Source: Parcubacteria group bacterium
GTDB lineage: Bacteria > Patescibacteriota > Minisyncoccia > Moranbacterales > UBA9337
Reading direction: 5' to 3'
DNA length: 64,000 nucleotides
NCBI GenBank assembly: GCA_041662245.1
Contig: JBAZSW010000002.1
Coordinates: 89,017 to 153,016 of the forward strand
In this document: positions 39,636-48,510 of the stretch, piece after piece
Position numbering within the stretch: position 1 is the stretch's first letter
How the letters are laid out: each line of letters opens with the position of its first letter
Position numbers and translations under genes: made by a program
Notes under the pieces: model-generated
Seen by the model: the letters and a program-made list of their open reading frames with translations, nothing else
Told to the model about the DNA's origin: nothing
Databases searched by the model: none

Positions 39636-40913
39636 ATGAGTGAAATTTATAAAAGAAGGTTAGTAGACAATATTAAAAAATGGTTAAATAGGCCAGAAAT
39701 CATCGTTATTACGGGTTCTCGTCAGATAGGCAAAACATTTTTAACCAGAAAAATATTGCCGACTATAACAAAAAAGCCGATAAAATATTTTAATTTTGAG
39801 GATTTGGAGCTTCGTTCGTTGTTTCAAGAAAACCCAAAAGGTTTTATGGAAAGCATTAAAGACGAGGAAAATATTTATGTTTTTGATGAATTTCAGAAAG
39901 TTCCTAATCTGACTAGCTTTTTAAAAGTACTTTATGATCAAGACAAAGAAAAAATTCCAAAAATATTTTTAACTGGTTCTTCATCGCTTGAAATTCAAGA
40001 AAAAATTTCGCAAAGCCTAGTGGGTCAATGTGTTGTTTTTGATTTTTTTTCACTGTCTTTTTCTGAGAGATATTTTTTAGAGAAAAATAATCTTTTGGGA
40101 GAAATTTTATCACTTGAGAGCAGTTTAGATATAAAAAAACTACAACAGGGAGTTTTTTTTGAAAAAGATGATTTGGCGAGAAAATTTGATGAATATATGT
40201 TACGAGGTGGATACCCAGAACTGGGAGAGCTGGAGGGCGAGCAAATTTGGCAAAAATTAAAATCAATTATTGAGTTGATTCTAGAAAAAGATATGCGAGG
40301 ACTGGTGAAAGATGAACATCTTTTTTCTTCCAAAAAACTTTTAGAAATTTTGGCTTTTCGCATTGGCAATATTATTTCCTTTGAAAATCTGGCTGCGGAA
40401 ATGCAACTTAATATCAAAACAGTGCGCAACTTGATAGCCGTTTTTAAAGGATTATTTTTTATCGAATTTATCTATCCCAAAGCAAGTTTTGCGCATGAAT
40501 ATAAAAAAGCGCCAAAGGTGTATTTCAATGATTTGGGTATGCGAAATGAATTGATAAAAATGCATAAACTTCCAGTTGATCGATCGCAACTCGGAGCGAT
40601 GGTGGAGAACTTTGTTTTTTGCCAGCTTAAACGATATAGTGCTTATAAAAAAGATTTTAAGATAAACTATTGGCAAGATTATAATAAAAATGAAGTGGAC
40701 TTTGTTTTGGATGTTGAAGGTCGGATTATTTCAATAGAAGTTAAATATCGCAAAGGTCAGAAAGATAGATTAACTGTCGGTGTTGCGAACTTTATTAAAA
40801 AATATAATTCACAAACCCATATTACAATTACCTATGATTATTTTGGAACTTCTAAAATTGGCAATTGTACAGTTTACTTCATTCCTGCTTATATGTTTGG
40901 ATTGATAATATAA
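39636..40913 (+). CDS. AAA+ ATPase (AAA_14 + DUF4143 type); start revised to ATG 39636
   Basis: GSRQIGKT, VFDEFQ, LTGSSS, GGYPE, KVYFNDLGMRN, ENFV, EVDF...IEVK. Confidence 0.88.
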   Translation: MSEIYKRRLVDNIKKWLNRPEIIVITGSRQIGKTFLTRKILPTITKKPIKYFNFEDLELRSLFQENPKGFMESIKDEENIYVFDEFQKVPNLTSFLKVLYDQDKEKIPKIFLTGSSSLEIQEKISQSLVGQCVVFDFFSLSFSERYFLEKNNLLGEILSLESSLDIKKLQQGVFFEKDDLARKFDEYMLRGGYPELGELEGEQIWQKLKSIIELILEKDMRGLVKDEHLFSSKKLLEILAFRIGNIISFENLAAEMQLNIKTVRNLIAVFKGLFFIEFIYPKASFAHEYKKAPKVYFNDLGMRNELIKMHKLPVDRSQLGAMVENFVFCQLKRYSAYKKDFKINYWQDYNKNEVDFVLDVEGRIISIEVKYRKGQKDRLTVGVANFIKKYNSQTHITITYDYFGTSKIGNCTVYFIPAYMFGLII

Positions 40914-41222
40914 GAATCGTAATTTCTAAATAAATATTTGTACTCAAATATTTAGAAGTGGAGACCTGCCTGCCGACAGGAATCTTAGATGAATGATAAA
41001 TCCTTAAGATAATTTTAAATTTCAAATTTAAAGTTTAAAATGAATATAAAAATATTAAATGATTAAAACAGATACGAAATATAATAAGAAAAAGATTGAA
41101 ATTAAAATTTATTCATTTAAAATTGATTTCAAATTTCAAATTTAGCCTTTAAAATTAGAATATTAAGATTTGAATCAAAATTCAAAATTTTAAATTAAAG
41201 TTTAAAAAGAAATATTTCTTCA

Positions 41223-41394
41223 TGTCATTTCGACCGAATAAATATTTGTACTCAAATATTTAGAAGTGGAGAAATCTCAAATCAAGATCTCTGTGCCACC
41301 GCTAAAGCTTTAGCGACACGCGGTCCATGCCTAAATTTCTGAGTACCCCAGTTATGATAACGGGGCAGGCATAAATTCATTTAGTCGAGATGAC
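41223..41394. repeat. Complete TGTCATTTCGAC...GTCGAGATGACA palindromic element with nested hairpins
   Basis: 12-bp imperfect terminal inverted repeat; inner hairpins TAAATATTTGtactCAAATATTTA and CGCTAAAGCTTTAGCG. Left halves also at ~12675, 14342 and 16073. Confidence 0.75.
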
Positions 41395-41623
41395 AGGCCT
41401 CGATTATTTTGTCCTAAGGCCGTCTTAGTGACCGTTAGTGAAATTTTTGCTTGACAATTATCCAATATCTGATAATATAAACACTGACACGTAGCATGAG
41501 TTAAAATTAAATAGAAAATGTATCAGAGGCTTTCATTTTTCCCCCTTTATTCAAGCATTAGGAATGAAATATTAATTATAAAATTAACTCCTCTATTTTT
41601 GTGTTGGTACAAATAACTACATT

Positions 41624-41842
41624 ATGACTCAAAAGAAAGAATTAATAACCGTAGAAGGTGTGGTGATGGAAACGCTTCCAAGCACAACCTTTAAAGTTAA
41701 ATTGGAAAATGGGCATGAAATTTTAGCTCATATTTCAGGCAGAATGCGAGTAAACTATATTAAACTTCTTCCGGGAGATAAGGTGATATTGGAAATGAGC
41801 CCCTATGATTTAACCCGCGGGAGGATAACGAAGAGACTATAG
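41624..41842 (+). CDS. infA: Translation initiation factor IF-1
   Basis: EGVVMETLP...[44 protein letters not shown]. Confidence 0.97.
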   Translation: MTQKKELITVEGVVMETLPSTTFKVKLENGHEILAHISGRMRVNYIKLLPGDKVILEMSPYDLTRGRITKRL

Positions 41843-41873
41843 CAAATTAATTTTAAATTTAGAATTTCGAATT

Positions 41874-41906
41874 CCCGCCTGCAAACGCTGTAGCACTGCG
41901 GGCAGG
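41874..41906 (-). repeat. 33-bp GC-rich hairpin insertion (CCTGCCCGC...GCAGGCGGG family)
   Basis: Its reverse complement is nearly identical to 48511-48543. Confidence 0.8.
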
Positions 41907-42002
41907 TTAAATGAATTTCAAATGTATTAATTCAAAAATTAGAAAATTAAGATTTGATTCAAAATTGGAAATTGGAAATTCAAAATTTTTTATAAAATAT
42001 AT

Positions 42003-42116
42003 ATGAAAGTAAGAGCATCAGTTAAAAAAATATGTGCTAATTGTAAAACCGTCAGACGCCGAGGGAAAGTTTATGTTATTTGTACTAATCCTAAGCACAA
42101 GCAAAGACAAGGATAG
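42003..42116 (+). CDS. rpmJ: 50S ribosomal protein L36 (not in ORF track)
   Basis: Manual translation [37 protein letters not shown]. Confidence 0.97.
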   Translation: MKVRASVKKICANCKTVRRRGKVYVICTNPKHKQRQG

Positions 42117-42261
42117 GATGTAGTTTTGTAGCTTGTAGTTTTTAGCTTTTTAGCAAAAAATAAAAAAGCTATTTTTTAAGAAGCTAATAACCTAAAAAGC
42201 TAAATATAAATCTAATACATCTAAGAAGCCAAGAAGCTAATAACCTAAAAAGCTAAATATT

Positions 42262-42711
42262 ATGTCAGAAGAAAAGAAAATTGAAGAAATTAAAGATGCG
42301 CCTATTGCCACAGAAGATGTCAAAGTTGAAAATGATGGGGCTCCTGTTAAAAAAGGAAAGCGGACTGTTTTTAAAGGTCAGGCGCATATTCAATGTACTT
42401 ATAATAATACAATTGTGACTATTTCTGATATGAATGGAGCAGTTTTGGGTTGGTCAAGCTCGGGAATGTTGGGATTTAAAGGAGCCAAAAAATCCACTCC
42501 TTTTGCCGCTACCAAAGTGGCTGCTGACGTTTCAGAAAAAGTTAAGAAGTTTGGTTTAAAAGAATTAATGATTTTTATAAAAGGTGTAGGAGGTGGACGA
42601 GAGTCAGCTGTACGAGGTTTGTCTGGTGCTGGATTTGAAGTGCTTTCTATTAAAGATATCACTCCTGCCCCACACAACGGTTGCAGAAGGAGAAAACCGA
42701 GGAGAGTCTAA
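42262..42711 (+). CDS. rpsK: 30S ribosomal protein S11
   Basis: AHIQCTYNNTIVTI, GFKGAKKSTPFAA, GGGRESA, DITPAPHNGCR..K.RRV. Confidence 0.97.
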   Translation: MSEEKKIEEIKDAPIATEDVKVENDGAPVKKGKRTVFKGQAHIQCTYNNTIVTISDMNGAVLGWSSSGMLGFKGAKKSTPFAATKVAADVSEKVKKFGLKELMIFIKGVGGGRESAVRGLSGAGFEVLSIKDITPAPHNGCRRRKPRRV

Positions 42712-42715
42712 TCAG

Positions 42716-42828
42716 TTAAAAGTTCAAAATTAAAAATTAAAAGTTACAATTTAAAGTTAAAAATTGACAATAAAAACTTTGAAATGATAACTGCAACTTT
42801 TAACTTTGCGCTTTGAATTTTGAATTAA
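42716..42828. repeat. AAAAGTT/AACTTTT-type inverted-repeat element, copy 1 (copy 2 43290-43400, related copy 59320-59440)
   Basis: ttaaaagtt.aaaattaaaaattaaaagttacaatt...actgcaacttttaactttg..ctttgaatttt; the arms are complementary. Confidence 0.85.
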
Positions 42829-42897
42829 CACATATAATATTTAAAAGTTAAATAATTTACTAGTTACTAATTACTAGTTCCTAGTTACTAAATAATT

Positions 42898-43284
42898 ATG
42901 GCAAGAATAGCAGGAGTAAATATACCCGATAATAAAAGAATAGAGATTGCTCTAACTTATATTTTTGGTATTGGAAAATCCATTAGTGGAGTTATTTTAG
43001 ATGAATTAAAAATTGATAAAAATATTAGGGCTAAGGATCTTACTTCTGAGCAGGTTAATAGTTTGAAAAATTGTATTGAGGATAAATATAAGATTGAAGG
43101 AGAGTTAAAACATGAGATTCGAATGAATATTCGAAGATTGAAAGAAATTGGTTGTTATAGAGGGATGAGACACCAAAAAGGTCTTCCAAGTCGCGGACAA
43201 AGAACTAAAACCAATAACCGAACGTTAAGAGGGAATGTTCGTCAGACGATGGGAAGCGGTAGAAGATCAGTGGAAAAGACATAA
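42898..43284 (+). CDS. rpsM: 30S ribosomal protein S13
   Basis: MARIAGVNIP.NKRIEIALTYIFGIG, IGCYRG.RH..GLP.RGQRTKTN.RT. Confidence 0.97.
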   Translation: MARIAGVNIPDNKRIEIALTYIFGIGKSISGVILDELKIDKNIRAKDLTSEQVNSLKNCIEDKYKIEGELKHEIRMNIRRLKEIGCYRGMRHQKGLPSRGQRTKTNNRTLRGNVRQTMGSGRRSVEKT

Positions 43285-43477
43285 GACAATTAAAAGTTTA
43301 AAATTAAAAATTAAAAGTTACAATTTAAAGTTAAAAATTGACAACGAAAACTTTAAACTGATAACTGCAACTTTTAACTTTGTACTTTGAATTTTTAACT
43401 AATAAAGTTTAATCACAAAATTACCAATCACTGTTTTCTAGTTACCAATCACTAGTTACCAGTTACTAAATTAATAT

Positions 43478-44110
43478 ATGGCAAGAGATTTAAATTCAAG
43501 ATGTAAAAAATGTCGAAGAGCTGGAGAAAAGCTTTTTCTTAAAGGTGATCGTTGCACCTCAGTTAAATGCGCGATGATAAAAAAAGCTTATGCTCCGGGA
43601 GTGCATGGTAAAAAAATGGGCAGAGGGCTAAGCGAATATGGAAAGCAATTAGCTATGAAACAAAGAATTAAAAGGATTTACGGAGTTATGGAAAAACAAT
43701 TCCGAAAACATTTTCAAGATATTCAAAGAAAAGAAGGTATTACTGGAAATTTGTTAATGATAAGATTGGAAATGAGATTAGACAATGTCGTCTATCGGAT
43801 GGGTCTAGCTAGCTCTAGAAACGCCGCTCGTCAATTGGTTAACCATGGATTAATCAAAGTTAACGGGAGAAAATTGTCTGTGCCATCTGCTTTGGTAAAG
43901 GTAGGAGATAGTGTTATGGTAAGCGAGACCAAAAAAGAAAAAACTTATTTTAAAAACATCGCTAGCGCGCTAAAGAATAAAAAAGATGTTCCTTCTTGGA
44001 TAAGTATGGATGCTGTTAACTTTGAAGGAAAAATTTTGTCTACTCCGGATATAGCTAGCATTGGAATAAATGCTGATCCTCAATTGGTAGTTGAATATTA
44101 TTCTCGATAA
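43478..44110 (+). CDS. rpsD: 30S ribosomal protein S4
   Basis: CKKCRR.GEKLFLKG.RC, SEYGKQL..KQ, LEMRLDNVVYR, LVVEYYSR. Confidence 0.97.
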   Translation: MARDLNSRCKKCRRAGEKLFLKGDRCTSVKCAMIKKAYAPGVHGKKMGRGLSEYGKQLAMKQRIKRIYGVMEKQFRKHFQDIQRKEGITGNLLMIRLEMRLDNVVYRMGLASSRNAARQLVNHGLIKVNGRKLSVPSALVKVGDSVMVSETKKEKTYFKNIASALKNKKDVPSWISMDAVNFEGKILSTPDIASIGINADPQLVVEYYSR

Positions 44111-44162
44111 TAATTAGATTTTTAGATAATAAATTAATTCGTCTTTAATTAAAATTAAAAAT

Positions 44163-45158
44163 ATGCAATCAATAACATTGCCAAAAAAATCAAAATTTAT
44201 TGAAACTGGAGAAAACAGTGGAAAATTTATTATTGAGGATTGTTTTCCGGGATATGGCACAACATTGGGTAATTCTTTGCGTCGAGTACTGTTATCTTCC
44301 TTAGATGGAGCAGCGGCTACTGCGATTAAAATTAAGGGTGTTTCTCACGAGTTTTCTACGGTAGAAGGAATTCTTGAAGATGTAGTACAAATAATTTTAA
44401 ATGTTAAAAAACTTCGTTTTAAATCTTTTAGTGATGAGCCCGTAAGATTAAGTTTGAAATTTACTGGCAAGGGAGTGATTACAGGCAAAGATATTAAAAA
44501 AACTGCCGAAGTGGAAGTGATTAATACGGATCAAGTGATTGCCAATTCTACAAGTTTAAAAACTAATTTAGAATTAGAGATAGAAGTAAATAAAGGAATC
44601 GGCTATATTCCTGTAGAATTACAAGAAAAAAGAGACGAGGTTGATTGGATTTCTATTGATGCTATTTATACTCCGATGAAAAGAGTTAATTACGCTGTAG
44701 AAAATATGCGAGTAGGAAAAAGAACTGATTTCGAAAGAATTGTTTTGGAAATTTTTACCGATGGAACCGTTACTCCGACAGATGCTTTTAACAAAGCTGT
44801 AGGAATATTGGTAAATCAATTCTCCGTTTTATCTGAAGGTGTAGATCAAACAACTTCTAGCCAAAAGAAAAAAATTGAGGACTCAGGAAAGCCAGAAAGC
44901 TATGAGGCTGTCTTGGACAAGGAAGAAGAAAGTGTAGAAAAAGAAGTTAATGAAAATGAAAGTTTAAGTATCGATGATTTGAAAGGACTTTCTACTAGAA
45001 CAATTAATGCGCTTAAAGATAATAAGATAACCAAAGTTAAAGGTATTATCAAACTGACAACTGAAGAATTGGGTGCTTTAAGTGGAATGGGAGAAAAAGG
45101 TGTTAAAGAAATAAAGAAAGCTATCGGGATATTGGGATTGATATTGAAAAATAACTAG
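44163..45158 (+). CDS. rpoA: RNA polymerase alpha subunit
   Basis: PGYGTTLGNSLRRVLLSSL.G, HEFST..G..EDV, IDAIYTP..RVNY.VEN.RVG.RTDF, alpha-CTD. Confidence 0.97.
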   Translation: MQSITLPKKSKFIETGENSGKFIIEDCFPGYGTTLGNSLRRVLLSSLDGAAATAIKIKGVSHEFSTVEGILEDVVQIILNVKKLRFKSFSDEPVRLSLKFTGKGVITGKDIKKTAEVEVINTDQVIANSTSLKTNLELEIEVNKGIGYIPVELQEKRDEVDWISIDAIYTPMKRVNYAVENMRVGKRTDFERIVLEIFTDGTVTPTDAFNKAVGILVNQFSVLSEGVDQTTSSQKKKIEDSGKPESYEAVLDKEEESVEKEVNENESLSIDDLKGLSTRTINALKDNKITKVKGIIKLTTEELGALSGMGEKGVKEIKKAIGILGLILKNN

Positions 45159-45178
45159 GCATATAACTATAAAGAAAT

Positions 45179-45544
45179 ATGAGACATTTAGTAAAAGGAA
45201 GAACACTCGGAAGAGAAAAGGCACAACGCGAGGCATTGATGCACGGTTTGGTTGCTAATTTAGTATTGAGTGAAAAAATTACTACTACTGAAGCTAAAGC
45301 TAAAGAATTGAAGCCTCTTATGGATAAGATTATTACCAAAGTTAAAAAAGCTGGAACTGATTCACAAAAGAAAGTTACTGTAATAAGAGAGTTAAGAAAG
45401 GATTTAAATGTTGCTTGTGTGAAGAAACTTTCGGGTGAATTTTTTAAAAAATTTGAAGGAAGAAATAGCGGTTATACTAGAATAATTAAATTGACTGAAA
45501 GAAAAAGTGATAGTGCCAAGATGGCAGTGATTGAATTTGTTTAA
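45179..45544 (+). CDS. rplQ: 50S ribosomal protein L17
   Basis: MRH...GR.LGR, ITTTEAKAKEL, GRNSGYTRIIK...R..D.A.MA.IE.V. Confidence 0.96.
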   Translation: MRHLVKGRTLGREKAQREALMHGLVANLVLSEKITTTEAKAKELKPLMDKIITKVKKAGTDSQKKVTVIRELRKDLNVACVKKLSGEFFKKFEGRNSGYTRIIKLTERKSDSAKMAVIEFV

Positions 45545-45649
45545 TATTTGCATCGAATAGTTAACGAATTAACGAATTGTAAATTACAAAAGTTTAAATT
45601 ATAATTACTGATTACTAGTTACTGATTACTAGTTACTACTAATAAATTT

Positions 45650-46039
45650 ATGGAAGAAAGAAAATATTATCAAATTAGCGCCCAGGGAAAAGTTTTAGGG
45701 AGATTAGCTACTGAAATAGTAAAATTTTTGAGTGGGAAAAATAAAGTTAGTTTTACTCCTAATATTGATGGAGGAGATTTTGTGGTGGTAACCAATTCTG
45801 ATGGGGTTATCGTTACAGGTAATAAAGCTAAAGATAAAAAATATTATAAATTTTCTGGCTATCCAGGGGGAATCAAAGAAATTAGTTTTGAAAAACAATT
45901 AGCTAGAGATTCTAGAAAATTAATTGAAGCCGCTGTTAAAGGAATGCTTCCTAAAAATAAATTAAGTAGCGCAATGATGACTAGGCTTTTGATATACAAA
46001 GATGAAGCGCAGGAACATAATATAGATTTTAAAATTTAG
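45650..46039 (+). CDS. rplM: 50S ribosomal protein L13
   Basis: A.GKVLGRLA, L.GKNK..FTP.ID.GDFVVV.N, SGYPGG.K, AVKGMLPKN. Confidence 0.96.
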   Translation: MEERKYYQISAQGKVLGRLATEIVKFLSGKNKVSFTPNIDGGDFVVVTNSDGVIVTGNKAKDKKYYKFSGYPGGIKEISFEKQLARDSRKLIEAAVKGMLPKNKLSSAMMTRLLIYKDEAQEHNIDFKI

Positions 46040-46067
46040 TACCGCTTAGGTTTAATGAAAATTATTT

Positions 46068-46568
46068 ATGAATAAAGAAAAAACAACTGTAAAAAAATCT
46101 CCAGAGAAAAAAGAAATAAAGGCTAAAAAGCCAACTACGGGGAAAAAGATTGCCAAGATTTCTAAAAAGAATGATTATTTTTATGCTGTCGGAAGAAGAA
46201 AGACTTCTGTGGCTCAGGTTAGAATTTTCCCAAGCAATAAAGCAGGAGAAGAGGATTGCCAAGTAAATAATCGTGCTATGACTGAATATTTTTTAGGTAC
46301 AATCGCGCAAGCCACTTTTCTTTCTCCTTTTAAAGAAACGGGAACGACAGATAAATTTAAGGTGACTGTTTTGGTGCGAGGAGGAGGAATTAGCAGCCAA
46401 GTGGAAGCGGTTAGATTGGGAATTGCTAGAGCACTTGTGAAATTTGATGAAACTTTAAGACCAGTTTTAAAAGCTAATAAATTCTTGATGAGAGATTCTC
46501 GAAAGGTAGAAAGAAAGAAACCAGGACTTAAAAAAGCCAGACGTGCTCCACAGTGGGCGAAAAGATAA
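46068..46568 (+). CDS. rpsI: 30S ribosomal protein S9 with Lys-rich N-terminal extension
   Basis: AVGRRKTSVA.V, V.GGG...Q..A.RLGIARAL, RD.RKVERKKPGLKKARRAPQWAKR. Confidence 0.97.
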   Translation: MNKEKTTVKKSPEKKEIKAKKPTTGKKIAKISKKNDYFYAVGRRKTSVAQVRIFPSNKAGEEDCQVNNRAMTEYFLGTIAQATFLSPFKETGTTDKFKVTVLVRGGGISSQVEAVRLGIARALVKFDETLRPVLKANKFLMRDSRKVERKKPGLKKARRAPQWAKR

Positions 46569-46589
46569 GCGTTTAAAAAATTTACTTCT

Positions 46590-46621
46590 AAAAAACATTC
46601 GTATTCATGCGAGTGTTTTTT
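46590..46621 (+). terminator. Putative intrinsic terminator after rpsI
   Basis: AAAAAACATTCGTAT/ATGCGAGTGTTTTTT imperfect hairpin ending in a T run. Confidence 0.45.
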
Positions 46622-46864
46622 GATGTTGTTATTAATTTCGAATTTAAAATTTTGAATTTCGAGTCAATTATGAATATTTGAATAATATATTGTGGAGGGC
46701 TTATTGGAAAAACTATTATTTAAGAATTAAAGAATTGGGATTTGATTCAAAATTTTAAATTCAAAATTCAAAATTATAAAAAATGTTATTTTTTATTATA
46801 TTTGCTAAATATACAGTATATGTTTATACTAAGAAATGGAATAATTAAACTTTATTAAAAAAAT

Positions 46865-48322
46865 ATGCGAGAAGATATTCTAAAAGCTAAGCTAGAGAAA
46901 CTGGCAAATCTGAGAAATGCCAATGTTGATCCTTACCCAGAAAAATCCCAAAGAACGCATTTTAACAAAGAGGTTCTGGATAATTTTGATAGTATTAAAG
47001 GAGAGGTTTTCTTAGTGGGAAGAGTAAAGTCTGTGCGACCGATGGGTGGATCATCTTTTGTGCATATCGAAGATGAAAGTGGCAAGATGCAATTATTCTT
47101 GAATAAAAATAATATCGGAGCTGATGAATATAAATTATTTACTAAAAATATTGAACTGGGAGATTTTATTCAAGTAAATGGAGATCTTTTTAAAACTAAA
47201 ACAGAAGAGAAAACTTTAGCCGTAAAGAGCTGGAAAATTTTGACCAAAAATATTCGTCCTATTCCTACGGAATATTATGGATTAAAAGATGTTGAGAAGC
47301 TTTTGAGAAAAAGGTATTTAGATTTGATGGGCAATGAGGAAACCCGAGAATTATTTCGAAAAAAATCTTTGTTTTGGCAGACAGTGAGAAAAGTTTTAAC
47401 TGATAACGGATTTTTGGAAGTGCAAACTCCTGTACTGGAGAGTGTCCCAGGGGGAGCAGACGCGGAGCCTTTTATTACTCATTATAATGCCCTAAACCAA
47501 GATTTTTATTTAAGAATTTCTCTAGAGTTGCATTTGAAGAGACTTTTAGTAGGAGGTTATGAAAAAGTTTTTGAGATTGGAAGAGTTTTTCGCAATGAAG
47601 GAATTTCTAGAGAACATTTGCAAGAGTTTGATCATATTGAATTTTATTGGGCTTATGCAGATATGGAAAATGGAATGGAGCTAACAGAAAAACTATACAA
47701 AGCTATCGCCAAGGAAATGTTGGGAGAAAAAATGATTTCCAATTGGGAGGATAATGAAATTAACTGGGGCGAATCTTGGCCTCGAGTAGATTATTTTACA
47801 GAGTTTAAAAAAGAAACAGAGATAGATTTGAGTGCAGATGTGACTGTAGCTGAGCTTAGAAAGAAGGCAGATGAACTAGGAATAAAGTATGATAAAACAG
47901 ATGGTAAAGGAAGAATGATTGACACCATTTATAAAAAGACAGTTCGCCAGAAATTGATTCAGCCTTGTTTTTTGGTGGGGCATCCGATTGAAGTTTCGCC
48001 CTTGGCTAAAAAAGATCCCACTACTCCTAACCGAGTTTTACGTTTTCAACCCATCGCTTGTAAAAGTGAATTAGGCAATGGCTTTTCGGAATTAAATGAT
48101 CCGATTGATCAAAGGGAAAGGTTTGAGGAGCAAATGAAATTAAGAGAGGCGGGCGATAGTGAAGCGCAAATGTTAGATGAAGATTTTATTGAAGCTTTGG
48201 AATATGGAATGCCACCAGCTTTTGGATTTGGAATGAGTGAGCGATTATTTGCAGTGATGATGGGTCGTTCAGTCAGAGAAACTGTTATTTTCCCATCAGT
48301 AAGAACGATAGAGGAGAAGTAA
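46865..48322 (+). CDS. lysS: Lysine--tRNA ligase (class II)
   Basis: OB-fold N-terminus, GFLEVQTP, GGADAEPF.T..NAL, LRIS.ELHLKRL.VGG, FRNEG, ELNDP.DQ.ERF, ALEYGMPP. Confidence 0.97.
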   Translation: MREDILKAKLEKLANLRNANVDPYPEKSQRTHFNKEVLDNFDSIKGEVFLVGRVKSVRPMGGSSFVHIEDESGKMQLFLNKNNIGADEYKLFTKNIELGDFIQVNGDLFKTKTEEKTLAVKSWKILTKNIRPIPTEYYGLKDVEKLLRKRYLDLMGNEETRELFRKKSLFWQTVRKVLTDNGFLEVQTPVLESVPGGADAEPFITHYNALNQDFYLRISLELHLKRLLVGGYEKVFEIGRVFRNEGISREHLQEFDHIEFYWAYADMENGMELTEKLYKAIAKEMLGEKMISNWEDNEINWGESWPRVDYFTEFKKETEIDLSADVTVAELRKKADELGIKYDKTDGKGRMIDTIYKKTVRQKLIQPCFLVGHPIEVSPLAKKDPTTPNRVLRFQPIACKSELGNGFSELNDPIDQRERFEEQMKLREAGDSEAQMLDEDFIEALEYGMPPAFGFGMSERLFAVMMGRSVRETVIFPSVRTIEEK

Positions 48323-48378
48323 TTTTAAATTATAAATTTCAAGTTTAAAATGAATAACAAATGATTAAATGACAAAAT

Positions 48379-48467
48379 GTAGAGACGTAATTCATTACGT
48401 CTAGATGTAGTAGAGACGCAATTCATTACGTCTAGAAGAAGAGACGCGATAAATCGGCGTCTCTGCG
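48379..48467. repeat. Cluster of three GTAG-family REPs inside an AT-rich hairpin element
   Basis: Two GTAGAGACG.AATTCATTACGTCT copies followed by an inverted AGAGACGCGATAAATCGGCGTCTCTGC. Confidence 0.8.
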
Positions 48468-48510
48468 AATGTTTAAAAATTAAAAATTTGAGAATTAAGA
48501 TTTGATTTAA

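Noticed and set aside
1931-41200. Classical integron
   Set aside because: No IntI tyrosine recombinase, and I could not identify RYYYAAC/GTTRRRY attC boxes. Kept only as a functional analogy.
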